The notes beneath the pieces are model-generated. The model saw only the letters and a program-made list of their open reading frames with translations, searched no databases and was not told the origin of the DNA. Positions 20,108 through 29,752 of a DNA stretch of 29,758 nt are shown in pieces (the stretch's first letter is position 1; every line of letters starts with the position of its first letter). The position numbers and the translations under genes are program-made. Location of the stretch: the NCBI GenBank assembly GCA_044869275.1, contig JBIOXB010000019.1, positions 1 through 29,758 on the forward strand, in the 5' to 3' direction. The stretch is from a bacterium (lineage in GTDB: Bacteria; Zhuqueibacterota; Zhuqueibacteria; Zhuqueibacterales; Zhuqueibacteraceae).

Positions 20108-21544
20108 ATGAAATTTAAAGCTGTCATGCTGTTGCTTGTTGTGACCATCGCGCTGCTGCTTTATTCTTGCGCGCGCGATTATGTGACCGGTAAGAGAACG
20201 ATCAGCCTGGTGAGCGAATCGCAAGAAGTGGCAATCGGCCGTCAGTCCGATCCGCAAATTCTGGCGGAATACGGCGTCTATCCCGATACCGCGCTGTCGC
20301 GTTTCGTCAACCGCATCGGCCAGGAGATCGCGCGTGTGAGCCAGCGCCCGAACCTGCAATACACGTTCCGCGTCGTTGATAGTCCGGTGGTGAATGCGTT
20401 CGCTCTGCCTGGCGGCTGGGTTTATTTCACGCGCGGGATTCTCGCGCATTTCAATTCGGAAGACGAATTGGCCGGCGTGATGGGCCACGAAGTCGGCCAC
20501 GTGGTGGCGCGGCACGGCGCCGAAGCGGCGACGCGCGGCCAGCTCGCGCAACTCGGCCTGGGGGTCGGCTCGATTCTCTCTCCCCAAGTCGCGCAATTGA
20601 GTCAAGCGGCGGCGCAAGGCTTGGGTTTGCTCTTTCTGAAATACGGCCGGGATCAGGAATCGGAATCTGATCGCTTGGGCGTGGAATACTCCACCAGGCT
20701 GGGCTATGATGCGCACAAAATGGCGGCTTTCTTCCGCACCATTGCGCACCTCAGTGAGGGCGGCAAAGCTCTGCCATCCTTTTTGTCCACGCATCCGGAT
20801 CCCGGCGATCGCGAAGTGAAAGTCAATCAACTGGCCACGCAATGGCAGGCAGAAGTTCCGTACAAGCCGCGCAATACCGAGCGCAGTGATTATCTGCGCC
20901 GCATCGACGGCATCGTCTACGGCGATGATCCGCGCGGAGGCTTTGTGGAAGGCAATGTGTTCTATCATCCGGAATTGCGGGTGCAATTTCCGGTGCCCAA
21001 AGGCTGGTTTTTGATGAACTCGGCGCAAGTGGTGCAAGTGGTCGCACCGGAGAAAAATGCCGTGGTGCAAATCACGATGGGCAAGGGCGCGTCGCCGCGC
21101 GAGGCCGCGGAATCGTTTGCGAAAAGCTCCGGCGCGCAAGTGGTGCGCAGCGACGCCAGGCAGGTGAACGGCATGTCCGCCGTGCGCGTGGAAAGCAATG
21201 TGCAGAATGAAAATCAATTGCTGCGCGTGCTGTCCTACTTCATTCAAAAAGACGCAAACATTTTTGTATTTCACGGCTTCACTTCCGCCCAGCTGTTCAG
21301 CCAGTACGCTGGCAGCTTCGAAGCGGTGATGGCGGGTTTCGACCGTGTGCACAATCAAGCCGTGCTTGCCAAGAAGCCCCTGCGCGTGCGCCTCGAGCGC
21401 GTGCGCCAAAGCGCGGATCTGGCGACGGTGCTGCGCAGCTTTAACATGCCCGAGAACAAGTTCAAAGAGCTTGCGCTTCTTAACGGCATAAATCTTGAAG
21501 ACCGTTTAGCCACGGGTAGTCTGGTAAAAGTGGTGCGCGAGTGA
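20108..21544 (+). CDS. M48 family zinc metalloprotease lipoprotein with C-terminal LysM-like region
   Basis: Lipobox LYSC. VNAFALPGG, GHEVGHV, E.ESD.LG, FLSTHP. C-terminal LALLNG..G.LVKVV. Confidence 0.88.
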   Translation: MKFKAVMLLLVVTIALLLYSCARDYVTGKRTISLVSESQEVAIGRQSDPQILAEYGVYPDTALSRFVNRIGQEIARVSQRPNLQYTFRVVDSPVVNAFALPGGWVYFTRGILAHFNSEDELAGVMGHEVGHVVARHGAEAATRGQLAQLGLGVGSILSPQVAQLSQAAAQGLGLLFLKYGRDQESESDRLGVEYSTRLGYDAHKMAAFFRTIAHLSEGGKALPSFLSTHPDPGDREVKVNQLATQWQAEVPYKPRNTERSDYLRRIDGIVYGDDPRGGFVEGNVFYHPELRVQFPVPKGWFLMNSAQVVQVVAPEKNAVVQITMGKGASPREAAESFAKSSGAQVVRSDARQVNGMSAVRVESNVQNENQLLRVLSYFIQKDANIFVFHGFTSAQLFSQYAGSFEAVMAGFDRVHNQAVLAKKPLRVRLERVRQSADLATVLRSFNMPENKFKELALLNGINLEDRLATGSLVKVVRE

Positions 21545-21618
21545 GATCATGGCTTTTGGTGATCATTTGAATACCCTTGTCATAGTGGAATGTCTCGAGT
21601 TTACCAGAAGGAGCTTGT

Positions 21619-22548
21619 TTGCCTGACAGTTCTGCCATTGACGCCCAAGATTTATTCCACCATCTCGGAGGCGCGCTTTCCGAAGGATTCCCTGCTACTC
21701 ATGCGGCAGCTTACAAATCCGAAGCCGGCACGCCCTATTTGACGCAGCCCGGCCTCGCACTGGTGGCCAAGCCGCACATACATCTTTCCGGCCTGCAGCC
21801 TTTTCTCGAAGGCTTTGATCCTGCGCTCGAATTCAACAGTTATTTGCATGATGCCACGCCTTTGTCCTCCGGCGCACAGTTGTGCAAAGTCGCGGGTCAG
21901 ACCTGTTACGCCAGCTTCTCGCCCAAGCGTACGATGAACGCGCAAGCCGGGCGCTATTTTCAGAACATTATGAGCAGCGGCCACGGCTCGGTGCTGGAAC
22001 ACGCGAACTATTCCTTCTTTATTTACGGCGTTTCGCGCAGCCTGACGCATGAGCTGATCCGCCACCGCGCGGGTTTCGGATATTCGCAGCTTTCGCAGCG
22101 CTACGTTTCCGGCCGTGTGTTGCGCTTCGTCGAACGGCCGGAGTTTCAAGACGGCGGCGAATTGCATCAAAGGTTTTTGCAGCGCATCGATCGCGCGCAC
22201 GCCGAATACCACCTCTTGGCGGAGAAATTACTGGCGGAACAAGGAGCCGGCGCGGCGCTGCTGACGGCCGAGGCCAAGTCCGATTTGCGCAAAAAAGTCA
22301 ATCAAGCTGCGCGCGCCGTGTTGCCGAACGAGACTGAAACCTTGGTGGTGGCGACGGCGAATGCGCGCGCCTGGCGCCACTTCATCGAAATGCGTGCGAG
22401 CGATCATTCGGAGCTCGAAATCCGGGCTTTGGCGGTGCGCGTTTTTCTTTGTTTGAGAACGATCGAGCCGATTTTATTTGGCGACTATGAATTGCAAACG
22501 TTGCCGGACGGCACGCACAGCGTGTTGACGGCGACACCCAAAGTCTGA
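21619..22548 (+). CDS. thyX: FAD-dependent thymidylate synthase
   Basis: GHGSVLEH, THELIRHRAGFGYSQLSQRYV, AARAVLPN, NARAWRHFIEMR, EIR. TTG start after aaggag. Confidence 0.93.
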   Translation: MPDSSAIDAQDLFHHLGGALSEGFPATHAAAYKSEAGTPYLTQPGLALVAKPHIHLSGLQPFLEGFDPALEFNSYLHDATPLSSGAQLCKVAGQTCYASFSPKRTMNAQAGRYFQNIMSSGHGSVLEHANYSFFIYGVSRSLTHELIRHRAGFGYSQLSQRYVSGRVLRFVERPEFQDGGELHQRFLQRIDRAHAEYHLLAEKLLAEQGAGAALLTAEAKSDLRKKVNQAARAVLPNETETLVVATANARAWRHFIEMRASDHSELEIRALAVRVFLCLRTIEPILFGDYELQTLPDGTHSVLTATPKV

Positions 22549-22580
22549 AATTGGCTCTCACGGCATAAGCCGGACAAGCT

Positions 22581-22670
22581 GGAACCCCAAAATTCAAAGC
22601 ACAAAATCCAAAGCACAAAATCCAAGAGTAGTCTTAAGTTTTGAGCTTTGAGTTTTGGGCTTTGGAATTC
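22581..22670. repeat. Heptamer-period imperfect palindrome
   Basis: caaaatt caaagca caaaatc caaagca caaaatc ... ttttgag ctttgag ttttggg ctttgga. Confidence 0.8.
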
Positions 22671-22740
22671 TTTGTTCAAAAAGCACAGATTTCAGTTGTA
22701 ATGGAATAAAGGAGCGATCCATTTAACCAGGAGAATCGTC

Positions 22741-23403
22741 ATGAAAAAAACCTCAATGGTCTTGTTGTGTGCAAGCCTGCTGCTGGCAGGCGTGGGATGC
22801 GGCTGGAGCAAGAAAGCGCAGTATGGCACGGCGGGGGCTGCCGGCGGCGCGGTGGTAGGTGCGGCCATTGGTAAGGCCGCGGGTAACACGGCGCTCGGCG
22901 CCATTTTAGGAGCAGCCATCGGCGGCGGCGCGGGTCTGTACATTGGCAACTACATGGACAAGCAGGCTGCTGAAATCAAACGTGATATTGCCGGGGCCAA
23001 AGTCGAGCGCGTGGGCGAAGGCATTCACATCGTTTTCGACAGCGGCATTTTGTTCGACGTCAATAAAGCGACTTTGAAGCCGGCGAGCCAGCAAAATCTT
23101 GCCGAGCTTGCCGGAATCTTGAATAAATATTCCGATACTATCATTGTGCTGGAAGGGCACACCGATGCGACCGGCTCCGACGAACACAACCTTGAATTGT
23201 CGCGGTTGCGGGCACAATCGGTGTCCAACTTTCTCGCCAGCCAGCAAGTGGCCCCGAGCCGTTTCACCATCATGGGCTACGGCGAGGCCAATCCCGCTGC
23301 CAGCAATGATACCGACGCCGGCCGTCAGGCCAATCGGCGCGTCGAGGTCGCGATCATCGCGAACGACAAACTTAAGAAAGCAGCGAAAGAGCAGGCGGGT
23401 TGA
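22741..23403 (+). CDS. OmpA family lipoprotein with glycine zipper
   Basis: Lipobox-like GVGC, glycine zipper, YMDKQ, ILFD, EGHTD..G...N..LS..RA, NRRVE. RBS aggaga. Confidence 0.93.
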   Translation: MKKTSMVLLCASLLLAGVGCGWSKKAQYGTAGAAGGAVVGAAIGKAAGNTALGAILGAAIGGGAGLYIGNYMDKQAAEIKRDIAGAKVERVGEGIHIVFDSGILFDVNKATLKPASQQNLAELAGILNKYSDTIIVLEGHTDATGSDEHNLELSRLRAQSVSNFLASQQVAPSRFTIMGYGEANPAASNDTDAGRQANRRVEVAIIANDKLKKAAKEQAG

Positions 23404-23429
23404 AAATGGATTTGGTCTAAATCCTTCGG

Positions 23430-23519
23430 AACCGCAAAGACGCAAAGAACGCGAAGCTTGGGATAGGGAGTAGTGCAGAATAAAAAGTTATTCTCGGCGA
23501 ACTTTGCGCCTTTGCGGTT
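23430..23519. repeat. Nonamer-period inverted repeat pair with no gene between the arms
   Basis: aaccgcaaagacgcaaagaacgcgaag (23430-23456) ... ctcggcgaactttgcgcctttgcggtt (23493-23519). Confidence 0.8.
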
Positions 23520-23568
23520 TAAGCTTTGGAAAGCTGTCAGTTTCCAACAGGTATTATGGGAGCAGCCT

Positions 23569-24432
23569 ATGCGTTGGCAAATGGGCCGGCGTAGCGACAA
23601 CGTCGAAGACTTGCGCGGCTCCGGCGGCCGGATGCGCGGGGGTATGAAAATGGGATGCGGCACAATCATCTTGGTGGTCATTGTTTCCTTCTTGTTTGGC
23701 CAAAACCCTTTGCAGTTGCTCACCATGTTGAGCGGCGGCGGAGGTACAATGCAGATGCAGGTGCCGGAAAGTTACCAGCCCACGGCCGAAGAAAACCAGG
23801 CGGCGGATTTTGTCTCCGCGATTCTGGCCGACATGGAAGACACCTGGCCCGCCTTGTTGCAGCCGGCGGGAGCTCACTATGAGCCGCCCAAACTCGTGCT
23901 TTTCTCGCAAACGGTGGAATCGGCTTGCGGCTTTGGTGAGGCGGCTTCCGGGCCATTCTATTGTCCCGCCGATCAAAAAGTTTATATCGATTTGAGCTTC
24001 TTCAATGAGTTGAGCCGCTTGGGCGCGCCGGGGGATTTTGCGCAGGCTTATGTCATTGCCCATGAAATCGGCCATCATGTGCAGACCCTGCTCGGCACTT
24101 CCAGCAGAATCCGGCAAATGCAGGAGCAAACCGATGAAGCCGGAGCCAATGCGCTGTCGGTGGCGTTGGAGCTGCAAGCCGATTGCTATGCCGGCGTGTG
24201 GGCCTATCACGCCAACCAGCAAAGGCAGATGCTGGAGCCGGGTGACGTGGAGGAAGGCCTGCAAGCCGCGGCTTCGATCGGCGACGATCGCTTGCTGCGC
24301 ATGGCCGGCCGCGCGGTACAGCCGGAATCGTTCACGCACGGCACCTCCGAACAGCGCGCACAATGGCTGCGCACCGGCTTGTCCACCGGCGATTGCGAAG
24401 CCTGCGATACGTTCGCACGCATGGCGCGATAA
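23569..24432 (+). CDS. YpfJ-like neutral zinc metallopeptidase
   Basis: MRW..GRRSDNVED.R, GPFYCPAD, GDFAQAYVIAHEIGHHVQ, ELQADCYAG, SFTHG. Confidence 0.92.
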   Translation: MRWQMGRRSDNVEDLRGSGGRMRGGMKMGCGTIILVVIVSFLFGQNPLQLLTMLSGGGGTMQMQVPESYQPTAEENQAADFVSAILADMEDTWPALLQPAGAHYEPPKLVLFSQTVESACGFGEAASGPFYCPADQKVYIDLSFFNELSRLGAPGDFAQAYVIAHEIGHHVQTLLGTSSRIRQMQEQTDEAGANALSVALELQADCYAGVWAYHANQQRQMLEPGDVEEGLQAAASIGDDRLLRMAGRAVQPESFTHGTSEQRAQWLRTGLSTGDCEACDTFARMAR

Positions 24433-24479
24433 TGAATTCTTTTTTGCTTGATGAAGTCTCGGTGCTACGCCCAAACTTG

Positions 24480-24560
24480 TGCTCCTGCTCGTACTCATAC
24501 TTTTACTCCTGCTTGCTTTTAGAGCAGCTAAAAAGCGAACAGGCGTAAGAGTAAGTGCGA
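24480..24560. repeat. Hexamer-period degenerate palindrome (t[g/a]ctcn family)
   Basis: tgctcc tgctcg tactca tacttt tactcc tgcttg ... gagca..gtaagagtaagtgcga. Confidence 0.6.
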
Positions 24561-24935
24561 ATAAATGTCATCGCAGCGTTTGGGCTTGTGATGAGGAGTC
24601 TGGCCTTGAGGAGAGGGGTCGCAGTCGCAGCTTGAAGATCTCACTAAAAACTCTTACCGCCGGTTTTGCCTTTATCATCCTTTGCACTTCTGCCCTCGCC
24701 CAGCAAGACTTTCCGGACACTCCGGATACCGCCGTTTCCAGCACGATCCGTGCCGTCATCGCCGCGACGCACCATCCCCGCATGAAAATGGCTGAAATCT
24801 CCCGTTGCGATGATAAAACGTTTGGAATTGATGAATTCCTCATTGTTACTTTGAAAAACGACACTCTATGTCTGAATTAAAACGCTGTCTAAAAATTTAA
24901 TGAAGGGTGCTTCAAATCCATATGTGGAGGCTGTT

Positions 24936-26342
24936 ATGGGACAACCAATCAGAATACTCGTCGCCGCAGTTTGCTTCCTATTTGCGGCAACATCATACTC
25001 ACAGGATCGCTGCGATGCGGTTAAATGGGAGAAAGTCAAAAAACTCTATACGATGGAGGTGCAAAGATATGGCAAGGACATAGAGCAATTCAAGCATGAA
25101 TCCATGCTTGCCTTAACCATAACCCTTGCGGTCGGCATACTTGGGGCGGTTGCGGCTCTCTTGCAGCAAATTCAGAGTAGTTGGAGGAAAACCGCTACCA
25201 TGATAGCGGGCGGCGGTGTTACCATCCTTACCGTGATCAATAACAACGCTTTCGATGGTGATCATCGTGCGCTTGACAAGAAGGCGATAAAAATTGAACA
25301 CCTGGCCACGCTCATTAACGAGAAGTTGGAAGAAGATTTTAATTTTGAAAACTGCGAAGATTTCAAAAAGCAGCGTAACGAGATTCGGAAATTACTGGAT
25401 GAAATGCATGGAATCCGGGTAGGAGATGAGCAACGCACCGTACGATTCGATTCCCCTTTTTTGCCGGAAGTGGCATATGCTCAAGAGACCAAAAAAGACA
25501 ACTTACCATCGTGGGTCATCAGTCCGCCACAAGAAAAAGACAAGATCAATTTTGTTGGAATCGGGCATGGGCAGTCTTTGCGTGATGCCGAAGATTCCGC
25601 TGTCAGCGATGGTCAAGAACAAGTGCGGGACTTCTTCGCTCAAGAGTTTGGGCGCAACCGCCGAGCCGATTCAACGGCTGCCGATTCCAAAACGGTCGCT
25701 GATTTTCTCGCAAATTATGCACAAACGGTCAACAAACATTTTGCCTACGATCCAAAGGAAAAAGACTATACTTATTATGCCCTCATTCGAGTGGATCGAG
25801 AGCTTGCAGAAGATTACGTTAAATTATATGCGGCACAGGAAGGGCTTGTCGATACTCAGCCCTATTCCGATGTTCTTCAAAAAACGCCCGGATTGTCGAA
25901 CGAGTATTTCGCTCGACGCCGGGTGACATATGGAAAGCTTGCGGATCATGCGAAAAAAGAAATTCCCAAGGAAATTTATGCCGATTTCGAGCACGGCCGG
26001 CAATTGCGAAAAACCGGTCAGGCTGCGGAAGCTGCCAAAATCTTGACGGCCGTGACGCAAAAGCAGCCGGATTTTTACCTCGCCTGGTACAATCTCGCCT
26101 TGGCCTTCATGGCAATGGGCGCCGATAATCAGGCAGATGCGGCGTTTAAAAAAGCCGCTGCGTACGAGCAATCTCAGGCGTTGCGGGACGCTTCGATTTA
26201 TAACTCTTACGGCTGGTTCCTTTATCTCAATAAGCGATATGATGAAGCGGTCAAAGCCTTTGAACAGGCACTACTCATCGACCCAGATCACCCCAAGGCC
26301 AGAAGCAATCTCGCTGCCGCCAAAAAAGCGAGCAGCGAATGA
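24936..26342 (+). CDS. Signal peptide + 2TM + LPP20-like + TPR protein
   Basis: RBS ggagg. Signal ending SYSQ, two hydrophobic helices, LPSWV..PP..FVGIG, and TPRs AWYNLALA, IYNSYGW, A..AFEQAL.IDP.HP.A..NL. Confidence 0.8.
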   Translation: MGQPIRILVAAVCFLFAATSYSQDRCDAVKWEKVKKLYTMEVQRYGKDIEQFKHESMLALTITLAVGILGAVAALLQQIQSSWRKTATMIAGGGVTILTVINNNAFDGDHRALDKKAIKIEHLATLINEKLEEDFNFENCEDFKKQRNEIRKLLDEMHGIRVGDEQRTVRFDSPFLPEVAYAQETKKDNLPSWVISPPQEKDKINFVGIGHGQSLRDAEDSAVSDGQEQVRDFFAQEFGRNRRADSTAADSKTVADFLANYAQTVNKHFAYDPKEKDYTYYALIRVDRELAEDYVKLYAAQEGLVDTQPYSDVLQKTPGLSNEYFARRRVTYGKLADHAKKEIPKEIYADFEHGRQLRKTGQAAEAAKILTAVTQKQPDFYLAWYNLALAFMAMGADNQADAAFKKAAAYEQSQALRDASIYNSYGWFLYLNKRYDEAVKAFEQALLIDPDHPKARSNLAAAKKASSE

Positions 26343-26602
26343 GAAAACAATGGAGTAAGGTGCGCCTTGTGCCTGGTGAATCAAGCCGGCCTGCTTTCAC
26401 CACAACGGCTTCGAGGCGCTGCACGACAACACCGTGATCGGCCAGGAGACCACGCCGGACATTCTCAGCCAATCGCAGAACGGCGCTTTGCGTTTGAGAA
26501 AAAAGCCTGGACCAGCCAACGCGTTGAGGCTGGCACCTTTTGTCAAATGTTTGAATAGTCACCACAAATCAATCAATTCTTCAAAAGGCGAGGAGCAACC
26601 AC

Positions 26603-27685
26603 ATGAAAAAGCATGCACTGCTCAGTTTGACAATCTGGGCCATGGGTTGCGCGACAGGCAAAGAGCAAGCCGAGAAGCCAAAGCCGCTGCCCGCGCCTGC
26701 CGGGTTTGCCGTCACTGCACCCACGACATTCTCCGGGGTATTGCCCTGCGCTGATTGTAAAGGCGTTCGCTACACGCTCAACTTGCAGCCGGGAAACGTG
26801 TTCTATCTGCGCCAGACTTATCTCGGCAAAGGCCAGGGCGAAGGCGACAGTTTTTATGACCTCGGCTCATGGTCGCTTGCTGACGACGGTAAAAAGTTGA
26901 TGTTGAGAAGCGGGCGCGAAGCGTCGCTCATGTTTACAGTCGAGAGCGCGGAGGTGTTGAAGAAGCTGGACCAGAAAGGCGGCGAAATCCAATCCCAGCT
27001 CAATTATAGTGTCCGGCGCACCGGCGAATTCGAATGGTTTGAGGTGCCGGCGTTCATGCGCGGCATGTATTCATACATGGCCGATGCCGGTGTTCTGGCG
27101 GAGTGCGGCACCAGCAAGAAATTCGCGGTGGCGCAGGAAGGCGACAACGCGGCTTTGGAAACGGCATATGCGCAAGCACGCCAGCAGCCGGGCGAGGCAG
27201 TGCTGGTGAATTTCGAGGGTCGCATCACCCGGCGGCCGAAAATGGAAGGTGAAGGCGAGCAGGAGGTCATCGTGGTCGATCGTTTCAACAAATTCCTGCC
27301 AGGCGAAACTTGCCAAGCGCAGACCGTGGAGCCAGCACTCGAGCAAACTTATTGGAAGCTCGTGGAGTTGGAGGGCAAAGCAGTAGCGGCCGGCGCAGGC
27401 GCGCGTGAAGCACATCTACTGCTTTCGCCCGGTGAAAAAAGGGCGGCAGGCACTTCCGGCTGTAATCGCTTGACCGGCTCCTATGAGTTGAGTGGCAGCA
27501 ATCTGCACTTTTCAAAAATGGCGGGCACGAGAATGATGTGCGCGGAAGAGCTGATGCGACAGGAGGCGGCTTTTGTCAAAGCGTTGGAGGCAACTGCCGT
27601 GTGGAAGATTGCGGGCGGCCGGCTTGAATTGATAAACGCAGAAGGCGCCGTGCTGGCGCGGTTCGAACCGAAAAGCATGCCATGA
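26603..27685 (+). CDS. NlpE N-terminal domain + META (HslJ) domain lipoprotein
   Basis: Lipobox AMGC. FSGVLPCADCKG, MRGMYSYMADA, WKLVEL, GTSGCNR, GTRMMC. RBS gaggag. Confidence 0.88.
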   Translation: MKKHALLSLTIWAMGCATGKEQAEKPKPLPAPAGFAVTAPTTFSGVLPCADCKGVRYTLNLQPGNVFYLRQTYLGKGQGEGDSFYDLGSWSLADDGKKLMLRSGREASLMFTVESAEVLKKLDQKGGEIQSQLNYSVRRTGEFEWFEVPAFMRGMYSYMADAGVLAECGTSKKFAVAQEGDNAALETAYAQARQQPGEAVLVNFEGRITRRPKMEGEGEQEVIVVDRFNKFLPGETCQAQTVEPALEQTYWKLVELEGKAVAAGAGAREAHLLLSPGEKRAAGTSGCNRLTGSYELSGSNLHFSKMAGTRMMCAEELMRQEAAFVKALEATAVWKIAGGRLELINAEGAVLARFEPKSMP

Positions 27686-28632
27686 GAATTGTGTTTCTTG
27701 AACAAGCGCAACGGATTCTTTTTCCAACAGCCTTCATCTTGGCGATAGCTGCCGCCATTTCCTCCTGCCGCGCAGCGGAGCCTGCTTTCGTCATTAAAAT
27801 AAAAAATGAAATCAATCATCACCAAGTGTTCAGCGTATTTGTGCTGCCGGAAGAGGAAATCGAGATTGAAGCGCTGCAAGACGCCGCGTGCGAAACGCGG
27901 GCAGAAGCCGGCAGCCTCACCCTGGTCAGTCGCAACCAATGGCGGTATCGCGCCATCGCAACGCCCGGCAGATCTTTTTTGGAAATTAGCGTGCCGGCGA
28001 CGTCGCAGAAAATGCGCATCGGAGTGTTCGTGCTGGTTCCTTTTGCGCAAGTACAGGGCGAGTATTTGAATACCTACCGCATCGGCGCATATCCCGAAAA
28101 AGCTTTGCACGGGGAGAGTGCTTACGGCGCACCCGCGGGTTTTGTCGAAGTCACGCCAGAGAATCAGGAAGCATTTTTGACGCCGCATTTCCAGCTCAAA
28201 CAATTCTTGTGCAAACAAGCAGGCGCTTACCCGAAGTACGTGGTGCTGCGCGAGCGCTTGTTGCTGGCGCTGGAATTCATTCTGCACAACATTAAACAAG
28301 CGGGTTTCCGCGTCGAGACGCTCGCAGTGTTGAGCGGCTATCGCACACCGTTCTACAATGACAATATTGAAAACAAAGCCTACAGCCGCCACATTTACGG
28401 CGATGCCGCAGACATTTTTATTGACGCCGATGGGGACGACAAAATGGATGATCTGGATGACGACGGTGATATCGACCTCAACGACGTGAGGATTCTATAC
28501 GATTTGATCGACCGATTGTCGGGGGGTGAAGAATTTCAGATCTTTACCGGCGGCCTGGGGTTGTACAAAAAAACAGCGGCGCACAGCGGTTTTGTGCACG
28601 TTGACACGCGCGGCGCAAAAGCACGGTGGTGA
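27682..28632 (+). CDS. Peptidase M15 (D-Ala-D-Ala carboxypeptidase-like) exported protein
   Basis: SGYRTPFYN, SRHIYGDAAD, FVHVDTRG..ARW. Start overlaps the upstream stop (atga). Confidence 0.85.
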   Translation: MRIVFLEQAQRILFPTAFILAIAAAISSCRAAEPAFVIKIKNEINHHQVFSVFVLPEEEIEIEALQDAACETRAEAGSLTLVSRNQWRYRAIATPGRSFLEISVPATSQKMRIGVFVLVPFAQVQGEYLNTYRIGAYPEKALHGESAYGAPAGFVEVTPENQEAFLTPHFQLKQFLCKQAGAYPKYVVLRERLLLALEFILHNIKQAGFRVETLAVLSGYRTPFYNDNIENKAYSRHIYGDAADIFIDADGDDKMDDLDDDGDIDLNDVRILYDLIDRLSGGEEFQIFTGGLGLYKKTAAHSGFVHVDTRGAKARW

Positions 28633-28712
28633 GCTTGGCAGCGAAGGCATACCGGAAAAGCCCGACTACCGCAGCGTGGCGAGGTGGAGCGTGAAAGATT
28701 TATCAACATTTG

Positions 28713-28824
28713 AAATCGTAAATCGTCAATCGCAAATCGCGGAAAGGGGGAGGAGGGAATAATGAGCGCGGGTGGATCGGCGATCCTAAACCTCGACTTT
28801 TGAGACGCGTCAATCGCAAATCAA
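28713..28824. repeat. Heptamer tandem repeats ([a/c]aatcg[t/c]) in two direct blocks
   Basis: aaatcgt aaatcgt caatcgc aaatcgc (28713-28740) and cgt caatcgc aaatcaa (28808-28824). Confidence 0.7.
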
Positions 28825-28847
28825 CGAACAAAAGAGGGAGCAAGCTC

Positions 28848-29153
28848 ATGGAAAACGTTGACCCCAAACAAGTCACGAATTTTCTGGAAGCACTGGGAGG
28901 CATGGGCATCGTGGGTACGATTGTCATCGGTTTTTTAGCCGGTGCCCTGGCCAAACTCATCATGCCTGGCAAAGACCCGGGCGGACTGATTCTCACCACG
29001 CTGCTGGGCGTCGGCGGCGCAAGCCTAGGGACGTATCTCGGCCAGAGCCTGGGCGTATCCAGTCCCGGCGAGGCTTCAGGGTTCATCACCGCCGTGATCG
29101 GCGCTTTTTTGATTCTCCTGATTTATCGTGTGATTTTTAGGAGAACGGGTTGA
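28848..29153 (+). CDS. GlsB/YeaQ/YmgE family membrane protein, second paralog
   Basis: IGFLAGALAKLIMPGKDPGGLILTTLLGVGGA..ITAVIGA. RBS gaggga. Confidence 0.9.
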   Translation: MENVDPKQVTNFLEALGGMGIVGTIVIGFLAGALAKLIMPGKDPGGLILTTLLGVGGASLGTYLGQSLGVSSPGEASGFITAVIGAFLILLIYRVIFRRTG

Positions 29154-29212
29154 AGCAGAAAAACAGCTCCGGCGAAAGCACTGCGCCGCACTCAAATCGG
29201 TACAAAGCAATC

Positions 29213-29752
29213 ATGAGCTCAAAAACAGGGTGGCGAGATATGACAGCGCTTCTGTTGTTCGCGGCTTGCTCGGGCGTGCCCCGCGGCGATATCCATTTCA
29301 ATGTTCGGCCCCATAAGGACGATGCCCGGATTTCGATCCAAGTGGAGGGCGAGCGCGCCCTCCTCGACATTTTCAGTGCCAGCGGCATCGGCAGTGCTGA
29401 TCTCGAAATCACCTCCCCCAATCGCCCTCGACAAATCCTCCTGCGCTTTCATCTGAGCGGCTTGGAGGAGCTTCGTTTTGCATACCAAGACACCGTGATC
29501 ACGGCCTCTTTATCCAGCACCAAAGAACAAAGCATTCGCCAGAGCTTCAGCAAAACCGGACCGCCTTCCGCTGCTGCGGAGGCTATTACGTCCGGGCATG
29601 CACTTTGGATGAAAATAAGAATCGTTCCGGGAGAAGGCATGCCGCCCAAGTTGCCGTTGCCGCAGGGTTATATCGAAGTCGAAGCGCCGGCGAGCTTTAT
29701 TGCGGGTGACCATCGCCGCGTGACGATTCATTGGATCGATTTTTATCGTTGA
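29213..29752 (+). CDS. Hypothetical lipoprotein
   Basis: Lipobox-like FAAC, DIFSASGIGSA, LRFHLSGLE, C-terminal WIDFYR. Start is uncertain (29213 or 29240). Confidence 0.7.
   Translation: MSSKTGWRDMTALLLFAACSGVPRGDIHFNVRPHKDDARISIQVEGERALLDIFSASGIGSADLEITSPNRPRQILLRFHLSGLEELRFAYQDTVITASLSSTKEQSIRQSFSKTGPPSAAAEAITSGHALWMKIRIVPGEGMPPKLPLPQGYIEVEAPASFIAGDHRRVTIHWIDFYR

Noticed and set aside
21619..22548. thyX as a prophage marker
   Set aside because: No phage structural, integrase or replication genes nearby; the context is cellular.
23473..23568. N-terminal extensions of several ORFs in the provided track (23473, 28800, 8252, 5270, 12613, 20021)
   Set aside because: They run through repeats or intergenic DNA. 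Downstream starts fit the RBS and family N-termini better.
28420..28485. Asp-rich DADGDDKMDDLDDDGDID stretch as a DNA repeat element
   Set aside because: It is a coding, probably Ca-binding loop within the M15 peptidase.
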